In this document: positions 1 through 7,490 of the stretch, piece after piece | How positions within the stretch are numbered: position 1 is the first letter of the stretch | Layout: each line of letters starts with the position of its first letter | The notes under the pieces: model-generated | What the model was told of the DNA's origin: nothing | Database searches by the model: none | Seen by the model: only the letters and a program-made list of their open reading frames with translations | Source of the DNA: Bdellovibrionales bacterium | GTDB taxonomy: Bacteria; Bdellovibrionota; UBA1018; CAIMNF01 | Reading direction: 5' to 3' | NCBI GenBank assembly: GCA_040380025.1 | Contig: JBEIJY010000022.1 | Span: 1-40,499 of the forward strand | DNA length: 40,499 nucleotides | Program-made: the position numbers and the translations under genes

Positions 1-2
1 AC

Positions 3-140
3 CCGAACGGAAATCTCGCCGAGAACGACCGTTCCCCTGCTTCGGATCAGGCCGCGGTGATCGGACGGAACAAGAATATTTTTCACGAGGTCCACAAGCG
101 CTATGAGCTCAAGGCCAAACAAGGCGCTGTGGTGTTCTGA
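3..140 (+). CDS. 3' end of a truncated hypothetical, probably exported protein (...NDRSPASDQAAVIGRNKNIFHEVHKRYELKAKQGAVVF*)
   Basis: Open frame from position 3 to TGA at 138-140, translated by hand. Contains RSPAS and a C-terminal NIFxxVxxRY motif like that of the next gene. Followed by a purine-rich RBS (GAGGGGGGGG) and the ATG at 172. Confidence 0.7.
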   Translation, partial: PNGNLAENDRSPASDQAAVIGRNKNIFHEVHKRYELKAKQGAVVF

Positions 141-171
141 GTCAGGGCTCAGAAGATGAGGGGGGGGAATC

Positions 172-1524
172 ATGAAACCAAAAATTCGAATCGGAATCTC
201 GATGGTCCTGATGGCAGGACTGGTGCTAGAACCGGTTTTTCTGCCGGTGCAAGCGCAGGCGGGTTTGTTCTGTACGGCTGAAGACTTCAAAGCGGTCTGC
301 TCGGATGTGCTGCAGAACCAAAACACACAAGGCCCGAATGCCCCGCCTCTTGATGTCAGCTCGGAGTGCAAGCTTGCTGAACTTGCGCGCAAAAAAAGAA
401 ACGTCCAGCAGATCAAGTCCATCACCTACACTGCGCTGACCGCAACGCTTATCGGGCTGATTTTTGCGCCCGGAGCAGACCCGGTCTGCCAGGGGCTCTC
501 GGCAGCGGCAGCGCTTTCGGACCTTGCTCTTGATCAGGTCTTCAAAAACGATGCCGAGTCCGCAGTGGGAACCATGATCACCTCGATTTCGGGAATGGCC
601 GAGATGGGGTATTCGGGTGCAACACTCCTGAAGCTCCTGAAAGGGGGTGGAGCTGCATCCGGGGGTTCTGCGGGGGCAGGAATAGCCGGAGACTCAAAAA
701 CTGTCGCATCCCAGCAGTCCGCAAACCGAAGCATGGGCTGCGCCCTCTCTGCCGGAATCAGCGGCGTGATCGCGGCGAAAGCCTGGATCGAACTCGGAAT
801 CGCCGATCAGTTCCTGCACAAACGCACCGAGACCGCGAGAAATCTCAAGCTGAATCACGCCACGGTCGCCGCCACCTATGTTGGCACCGACGCTGCTCCG
901 GCAGGCTCGATCGACGGAGCCGTGAATGCCGCCGCCACCACCCAAACACGATCCGCAAACCCTTGCGAGAACCTCTCGGGGAATGCTTATCTGAACTGCC
1001 ACGCCGATGTGTCGTCCGATCCGCAACTCTCAGCCCTGATCTCGAATGGCGATTTTGACAGGCTCCTGACCAAGGTCTCGGGCAAGAACCTGGGCGACCT
1101 CGTCAAAGGGTACAAAGGCAATGGATCACTCGGCAGCATCGCGGACTACGCCTCTCGGGCCATGGGCCTTCCTGCCGGAGCATCATCGGCGTTCGGAACG
1201 CTCATGGATAAGGCAAAAGACATCGCCGCGAAGGATCTCGGAGACTCCTCGGGCGGTGTCTACAAGCCGATCACCAAGAACGACGACACCGCCCCGAAAT
1301 CAGACGACACGGACTTAAGCAAGCTCATGGGCGGACTTTTAAAGCAACTGAACCCCGAAGCAAAAGTCGCTCCCGGCGAGAATCCGGCCGAGGCCGTGTA
1401 CCGGAAGCTCGATCTCTTGCCGAAAGAACAGATCGAAACCAACCGCGACATCAGCATCTTTGCGCGCGTGGGGTATCGGTATCGCAAAAAGAGCGAGTCC
1501 CTCGGGGAATCGAAGCGTCACTGA
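172..1524 (+). CDS. Hypothetical secreted protein, 450 aa (signal peptide, Cys pairs, Gly/Ala-rich hydrophobic segments)
   Basis: N-terminus MKPKIRIGISMVLMAGLVLEPVFLPVQAQA looks like a Sec signal. RBS upstream. C-terminal DISIFARVGYRY. Overlaps the convergent dnaE end by 7 bp. Confidence 0.8.
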   Translation: MKPKIRIGISMVLMAGLVLEPVFLPVQAQAGLFCTAEDFKAVCSDVLQNQNTQGPNAPPLDVSSECKLAELARKKRNVQQIKSITYTALTATLIGLIFAPGADPVCQGLSAAAALSDLALDQVFKNDAESAVGTMITSISGMAEMGYSGATLLKLLKGGGAASGGSAGAGIAGDSKTVASQQSANRSMGCALSAGISGVIAAKAWIELGIADQFLHKRTETARNLKLNHATVAATYVGTDAAPAGSIDGAVNAAATTQTRSANPCENLSGNAYLNCHADVSSDPQLSALISNGDFDRLLTKVSGKNLGDLVKGYKGNGSLGSIADYASRAMGLPAGASSAFGTLMDKAKDIAAKDLGDSSGGVYKPITKNDDTAPKSDDTDLSKLMGGLLKQLNPEAKVAPGENPAEAVYRKLDLLPKEQIETNRDISIFARVGYRYRKKSESLGESKRH

Positions 1525-4500
1525 AGGCGCGCAACCCGCTGACCGAAGATGCGGTTCACCTCGGCCGCGAACTGGGGCGTTCCCTCGACCCGAAGCTCCT
1601 TCGGTAGTTCGAGCCGTCCGCTCCAATCGCGGGCCGAGAACAGCAGATTCACCGGCGATTTACCGCGGCTTTTTAACACGTGCTGTTTGAAGGATCGCAA
1701 CTGCTCGACTCCGACCGAATCGGGATCGAACTCGATCACGACCGTGACCGTGCGCCCGCTGTGGGCGTCCTCGAGACGCGCGATCGAACCGGCCAGGATC
1801 TTCGGCTCGCCTTCTTTGACGTCGAACTCACCCGTGATCAGCAGAGGATCGGGCGATTCTTTTGCCGACTGCAACAAGGCCTGATTCTGGGCGTAGAACT
1901 CGGGGAAGGCGATCACCTCGACCCTTCCGTGCAGGTCTTCGACCTGCAAAAACGCCATTTTGGAGCCCTTTTTGGTGGTGATCTCCTTGAACTCCGTCAC
2001 GATTCCCGCGAACTTCACCTCTTTGCGGCGGGGCCGCTGGCCGTTCGGGCCCCAAGATTGTGGGTGCGCAGATTGCTGGGGCGCGGATTCCTTGGGCGCC
2101 TTTGCGGCAAGATCGCGCAGGCTTGCGGTCGTCGCTCCGAGCCAGTCCTCGCACACCGGCTGCCAGTTCTGCATCGGATGCCCCGAGATGAAGAACCCGA
2201 GCACCTGCTTTTCAGAAAGCAGGCGCTTTGAGAGCGGCCATTCCGGCTCTTTTTTGATGAGCGAGTCGACCGGCACCGAGAGCTTCACTTCTTCGGCCTT
2301 GAACTCATCAAAGAGCGAGCTTTGCCCGAGCTCGGCCTTGGCCTGCTCGTCCTGCCCGTACTGAATCAGATTCTCGATCGAGGCCGCCATCGAGGCGCGG
2401 TTCAGGCCCTGGGCCGCGGTCAGGGCATCAAAGCCACCCGACAAAATGAGCGACTCGAGCACCTTTTTGTTCACCTTGCGCATTCCGGTGCGCTTTGCAA
2501 AATCGAGCAGTGACGAGAACGGCCCGGCCGTGCGGGCCTCGAGGATCGCATCGACGGCCGTTCCGCCGACTCCCTTGATCGCCTCAAGTCCGAAGCGAAT
2601 TGCCTTGCTGAACCCGCTCACCGGCGCCGGCAAAGACTCGACCGTGAACGCATGAATTGAGCGGTTCACATCGGGCGCAAGCACCGTGATGCCCATGGCG
2701 CGCGCATCGGCCGTGTATTTGGCGAGCTTGTCGGTGTCGCTCATCTCGGTCGTCATCAGGGCGGCCATGAACTCGACCGGGAAATATGTTTTGAGATAGG
2801 CCGTCTGGTAGGTGATCACCCCGTAGGCGGCCGAGTGGGACTTGTTGAACCCGTACTCGGCGAACTTCGCCATGAGGTCGAACAAATCGCCCGCTTTTTT
2901 GGCGTCGACGCCGCGACCCGTGGCCCCTTGCACGAAGATCTCTTTGTGCTTGGCCATCTCGTCGGCTTTTTTCTTGCCCATCGCACGACGGAGCATGTCG
3001 GCTTGCCCGAGGGTGTAGCCTGCCACATCGCGGGCGATTTGCATCACCTGCTCCTGGTACAAAATCACCCCGTAGGTGTCGCGCAAAATGGGCTCGAGTT
3101 CGGGAAGCTCGTAGCGGGTTTCGAGCCGCCCGTGCTTTCGGTCGATGAAGTCATCGACCATGCCCGAACCGAGCGGGCCCGGACGATAGAGCGCATTGAT
3201 CGCGGTGATGTCCTCGAGGCTGTTCGGGATGATCCTCTTGCAGAGGTCCTTCATTCCGTCCGATTCGACCTGGAACACGCCGTTCGTGTTCCCGCTCGAG
3301 ATCAGATCGAACACCTTTTTGTCTTTGTACGACACCGCGTTCAGGTCGAACTCACGGAACTCTTCTTGGGCGCGAATGAATCGCACGGCGTTGTCGATGA
3401 CGGTCAGGGTCTTGAGCCCGAGGAAGTCGAACTTCACGAGCCCGATTTTCTCGGCGTAGTCCTTGTCGAACTGCGTGACGACGTCGCCGTCTTTCGACAC
3501 ATACATCGGGCAATAGGTGACGATCGGCTCTTCGGTGATGATCACGCCGGCCGCGTGCATTCCGGCGTTCCGGTACAGGCCCTCGAGCCGGAGCGCGTAT
3601 TCCCACACCTTTTGGAGCTTCGGATCGCTCTCGATCTTGCCGCGAAGATCGGCGCTCTGCTCGAGCGCGTCTTTTAATTTGATATTGAGCTCATCCGGAA
3701 AGAGCTTCGTGATCTGGTCGGTCTCGGAGAACTGCACCCCGAGCACGCGGCCCACGTCCTTCACGACCGCCTTGGCCTGGAGTTTTCCGAAGGTGATGAT
3801 CTGGGATACGTTCTCTTTGCCGTACTTTTGTTCGACGTACTCGATCACCCGCCCCCGGCGGTCCTGGCAAAAATCGATATCGAAATCCGGCATCGAAACC
3901 CGCTCGGGGTTGATGAACCGCTCGAAGAGGAGCTTGAACTCGATCGGGTCGATGTCGGTGATGAACAGCACGTATGCGACAAGCGAGCCTGCGCCCGAGC
4001 CCCGCCCGGGGCCGACCGGGATGTTCTGCGCCTTGGCCCACTTGATGAAATCCGAGACGATCAAAAAGTACCCGGCAAAGCCGGTGCGCTCGATCATCGA
4101 GAGCTCTTCTTCGAGGCGCGCGCGGTACTGCTGTTCGAGCGCGGGCCAATCGGGGTGCGATTTTTTTCCGTCCGGGCCCGAGAAGCCGGGCTCCCGGAAG
4201 CGCTGTTCGAGGCCTTCCCGCGACTGCTCCCGAAAGAACGCGACCGAGTCGAAGGGCTCGCCCTTCTTCACGCCATCGGGCCGGAAGTTCGGCAGATGAT
4301 AAATGGCTTTCCCGGCCTCGTCCTTGAACTTGAACTTCAGGTCGCACTTCTCGGCGATTTTGAGGGCGTTCTCGTAGGCGTCGGGATACGCCTCGAGGCG
4401 CTCGCGCATGGTCTTTGCGGGCTTGAACCAGAACTCCGGCGGCACGAGCGATTTCGGCCGCCCGAAATCGAGAGTCCGCCCGAGCGGAATGCACTGAAGC

Positions 4501-5210
4501 ACCTCTTGCGCCTCGGCATATGAGGGATCCAGATAAAACGTCTCGCTCGTGCCCACGAGGGGGACTCCGAGCCGCTGGCTGATCTCGGCAAGACGCTGGT
4601 TCACCGACTCCTGCTCGGGGATGCCGTTATCGACGACCTCGAGATAAAAATCATCGCCGAAGCGTTTTCGGTACCATTCGATCGAGGCAAGGGCCGCGTC
4701 TTCGTTGCCTTGGAGCAAATGAAACCCCACCTCGCCGCGAATCGACGAGCTCAGCACCACGAGGCCATCTCCGTATTGATTCAGAAGCTCGCGATCGACC
4801 ACCCCGCGCACCAGATCCGAGAGCGGGGTCTTGTTCGTGGCGCCGTCCAGAAACGCCCGGGTCAGGAGCTGGGCGAGATTCTGATAACCCTGCATGTTCT
4901 TGCAAAGAACGACGAGGGAATGAAGTTGCTTTTTTTGCTCGAAGACCTGATCGCGGCCGTCCGGGCAGAACACCAGGTCACAACCGATGATGGGCTTGAT
5001 TCCGGCATCTTTGCAGGCGAAGTAAAACTCGATCGCACCGAAAACGTTGTTCGTGTCGGTCAGGGCGACCGCAGGCATCCCCTCTTCCTTCGCCCGCTTG
5101 ACGAGATCGCCGATCTTGATCGTCGAGGCAAGAAAGCTGTTGTGCGTGTGAACATGAAGATGAACGAACGGCTTCCCCCCACCCGGCTCCTGAGCCTCCA
5201 TAGCCTCCAT
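1518..5210 (-). CDS. dnaE: DNA polymerase III alpha subunit
   Basis: PHP N-terminus HLHVHT; GPGRGSGAGS; catalytic SMPDFDIDF; KFDFLGLKTLT; YGFNKSHSAAY; C-terminal OB fold; 1230 aa. Confidence 0.98.
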   Translation of the reverse strand: MEAMEAQEPGGGKPFVHLHVHTHNSFLASTIKIGDLVKRAKEEGMPAVALTDTNNVFGAIEFYFACKDAGIKPIIGCDLVFCPDGRDQVFEQKKQLHSLVVLCKNMQGYQNLAQLLTRAFLDGATNKTPLSDLVRGVVDRELLNQYGDGLVVLSSSIRGEVGFHLLQGNEDAALASIEWYRKRFGDDFYLEVVDNGIPEQESVNQRLAEISQRLGVPLVGTSETFYLDPSYAEAQEVLQCIPLGRTLDFGRPKSLVPPEFWFKPAKTMRERLEAYPDAYENALKIAEKCDLKFKFKDEAGKAIYHLPNFRPDGVKKGEPFDSVAFFREQSREGLEQRFREPGFSGPDGKKSHPDWPALEQQYRARLEEELSMIERTGFAGYFLIVSDFIKWAKAQNIPVGPGRGSGAGSLVAYVLFITDIDPIEFKLLFERFINPERVSMPDFDIDFCQDRRGRVIEYVEQKYGKENVSQIITFGKLQAKAVVKDVGRVLGVQFSETDQITKLFPDELNIKLKDALEQSADLRGKIESDPKLQKVWEYALRLEGLYRNAGMHAAGVIITEEPIVTYCPMYVSKDGDVVTQFDKDYAEKIGLVKFDFLGLKTLTVIDNAVRFIRAQEEFREFDLNAVSYKDKKVFDLISSGNTNGVFQVESDGMKDLCKRIIPNSLEDITAINALYRPGPLGSGMVDDFIDRKHGRLETRYELPELEPILRDTYGVILYQEQVMQIARDVAGYTLGQADMLRRAMGKKKADEMAKHKEIFVQGATGRGVDAKKAGDLFDLMAKFAEYGFNKSHSAAYGVITYQTAYLKTYFPVEFMAALMTTEMSDTDKLAKYTADARAMGITVLAPDVNRSIHAFTVESLPAPVSGFSKAIRFGLEAIKGVGGTAVDAILEARTAGPFSSLLDFAKRTGMRKVNKKVLESLILSGGFDALTAAQGLNRASMAASIENLIQYGQDEQAKAELGQSSLFDEFKAEEVKLSVPVDSLIKKEPEWPLSKRLLSEKQVLGFFISGHPMQNWQPVCEDWLGATTASLRDLAAKAPKESAPQQSAHPQSWGPNGQRPRRKEVKFAGIVTEFKEITTKKGSKMAFLQVEDLHGRVEVIAFPEFYAQNQALLQSAKESPDPLLITGEFDVKEGEPKILAGSIARLEDAHSGRTVTVVIEFDPDSVGVEQLRSFKQHVLKSRGKSPVNLLFSARDWSGRLELPKELRVEGTPQFAAEVNRIFGQRVARLQ

Positions 5211-5213
5211 GGA

Positions 5214-5831
5214 TCAGTCGCGATCCCCGGAGTGATCATCGCCGCAACAGTCGTCATGGTCGTGATCGTGGTAATCGTCATCGTGCTCATCGCCGAACAG
5301 ATGATCGAATTCTTCGTTGTAGAACTTCGCATCGCCGACATAGTTGTCGGCCGAGGACTTCAGCATCGAGACCTCCTCGGGGGTCAGCTCGCGCACGACC
5401 TTGGCCGGGGAGCCCTGGATGAGGGAGCGCGGCGGAAAGGTTTTGTCTTTGGTGACGAGCGCGCCTGCGGCCACGATCGAGTCGTCGTTGATGACCGCGC
5501 CGTCCAGAATCGTGGCGCCCATGCCGACCAGAATGCGGTTCTTCAGAGTGCATCCGTGGAGCGTCACGCGGTGCCCGATCGTCACGTCATCGCCGATTTT
5601 GAGCGGTGCGCCTTTCATGGGCATTTTATCGCGGGTGACATGAAGGACCGAGCCATCCTGGATGTTCGTGCGCGATCCGATCCGGATGGAGTTCACATCG
5701 CCCCGGATCACGACCTGAAACCAGGCCGAGCTTTCTTCGCCCATGATGACATCTCCGATGATGTCGGCCGAGGGCGCGATGAAACAGCTTTCCGGAATGA
5801 CCGGGTTGATGCCTTTGTGCGGAAGAATCAT
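5214..5831 (-). CDS. Gamma-class carbonic anhydrase family protein (YrdA/PaaY-like) with a His/Asp/Cys-rich tail
   Basis: Hexapeptide repeats; RGDVNSIRIG, TNIQDGSVLH and IGHRVTLHGC supply the three His ligands. Start overlaps the miaB stop (ATGA). Confidence 0.95.
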   Translation of the reverse strand: MILPHKGINPVIPESCFIAPSADIIGDVIMGEESSAWFQVVIRGDVNSIRIGSRTNIQDGSVLHVTRDKMPMKGAPLKIGDDVTIGHRVTLHGCTLKNRILVGMGATILDGAVINDDSIVAAGALVTKDKTFPPRSLIQGSPAKVVRELTPEEVSMLKSSADNYVGDAKFYNEEFDHLFGDEHDDDYHDHDHDDCCGDDHSGDRD

Positions 5832-7387
5832 GGGACAATCTCCGATGTCGAATAGGATGCAGAATACTGGATACCCGAATCGTTCCGTTCTGCAAAGTGG
5901 GGATCATGAATGAGTTCGCCCGAGAGCGCGAGCGCGGTGGAACCCGTGATTTTCACAAGCATAAATCGCCCGAGATGATTCCGCCCGGAGCGGTCGATGA
6001 AGTTCACCACGCGGTTGCAAGTGGTGCGGCCGGTCCAGACGCGGCCGGAGTCGCCTTCGGCTACGAGATTCTGATTCTTCGCGACCCCTTCGATCAGGAT
6101 TTCCATAGTTTGCCCGACCCGCGTTGCGTACCGGCGCCGGGAGATCTGCTGCTGGTGCGCCAGAAGCTCGTTCAGGCGACGGCTTTTTTCTTCGGCGGGC
6201 ACATCATCGGCGAGCTTCGCGGCACGCGTTCCGGGCCTCGGCGAATACATGAAGGCGTAAATCTGATCGAACTCGATCTCGTCGAGAAGCCTTCGCGTCT
6301 CGAGGTACTCTTCTTCGGTCTCGGTCGGAAACCCCACGATCAGATCGGTCGAAAGGCCGATCTCGGGGCAGAGCTCCTTCAGGCGCTTCATTTGCGCAAT
6401 GTAGTTTTCGATTTGATGGTGGCGCCCCATCTTGGTGAGCACGCGGTTCGAGCCGCTTTGCACGGGCAAATGCAAATGCTTTGCGAGCTTCGAGACGCCG
6501 CCCTGTTCTTTCGGGCCGTAGCAAGCGATCAGCTCGTCACTGAAATCGAGCGGATGCGACGAGGTGAAGCGAATCCGGCGGATTCCCTGAAGCCTCGGGT
6601 CGGTTTCGATCGCATGAAGAAGCTGGGGGAAATTCTCTTCGCCAGCGCGAGGCCCCACCTTGCCGATCGGGTTATGGAGCTCGCGGGGCTCATAGCCGTT
6701 CTGGTTCGGGTTCCCTTTGCCGAAGGAATTCACGTTTTGCCCAAGAAGCGTCACCTCGCGCACGCCCTTTTCAGCCAAGCCCGCAAGGTCATCGAGCACC
6801 TCCCGGATGGTGCGGGATTTTTCGCGGCCGCGGGTGAAGGGAACAATGCAGTAGGTGCAGTACTTGTCACAGCCCTTCATGATGTTCACGAAGGCCTGGG
6901 CTTTCGACCCTTGGATCTTGGTCTCGGTCGAGTAGGACAGGGTTTTGTCGAATTCGGCCGCCACAAAATGCCGCGACCCGGTTTCGGCGCGGTGAACGAG
7001 CTCGGGAAGCTGATCGATCGCATCGGGACCGAATACGAAATCAAGGTAGGGCGCGCGCTTAAAGACTTCGCCGCGATCGAGCTGACCCACGCAGCCGCCA
7101 AGCGCCAGAATGGGGCCCTTCTCGCCCTTGGTTTTTTTCAGGACTTGTTGCTCGCCCAGAAACGAGATCGCCTTGTGGACGGCCTTCTCGCGCACCGAAC
7201 AGCCGTTGATGAGAATCACATCGGCCTCGGAAGGCTCATTCGTGGGCTCCATGCCCCGCTCTCCCATCAGGGCGATCATGCGCTCCGTATCGGCCACGTT
7301 CATCTGACAGCCGAAGGTTTTCACCAAAACTTTTTTGGCGGCGGATTCGGGTACTTTTTTAGGAGATTCAGGGGTTTGGGTGTTCAT
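5828..7387 (-). CDS. miaB: tRNA-2-methylthio-N6-dimethylallyladenosine synthase
   Basis: TFGCQMN, CSVREKA, radical-SAM GCDKYCTYC, LLGQNVNS, RFTSSHP, HLPVQSGS, C-terminal TRAM domain. Confidence 0.96.
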   Translation of the reverse strand: MNTQTPESPKKVPESAAKKVLVKTFGCQMNVADTERMIALMGERGMEPTNEPSEADVILINGCSVREKAVHKAISFLGEQQVLKKTKGEKGPILALGGCVGQLDRGEVFKRAPYLDFVFGPDAIDQLPELVHRAETGSRHFVAAEFDKTLSYSTETKIQGSKAQAFVNIMKGCDKYCTYCIVPFTRGREKSRTIREVLDDLAGLAEKGVREVTLLGQNVNSFGKGNPNQNGYEPRELHNPIGKVGPRAGEENFPQLLHAIETDPRLQGIRRIRFTSSHPLDFSDELIACYGPKEQGGVSKLAKHLHLPVQSGSNRVLTKMGRHHQIENYIAQMKRLKELCPEIGLSTDLIVGFPTETEEEYLETRRLLDEIEFDQIYAFMYSPRPGTRAAKLADDVPAEEKSRRLNELLAHQQQISRRRYATRVGQTMEILIEGVAKNQNLVAEGDSGRVWTGRTTCNRVVNFIDRSGRNHLGRFMLVKITGSTALALSGELIHDPHFAERNDSGIQYSASYSTSEIVP

Positions 7388-7490
7388 GATTGAAGTCCCC
7401 GGAGACTACCACGAAGTCGCCCGCCCCGCCAGAAAAAGGCTCTTTTTTCGTTGGAAGCCCCGATCCCTTTTGTTAAGACGAGGTTGAACC

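Noticed and set aside
1518..5210. Possible intein in dnaE (insertions near KKGEPFDS and APKESAPQQSAHPQSWG)
   Set aside because: The insertions are short and low-complexity, with no C/S...HN splice motifs or homing-endonuclease signature. Total length is normal.
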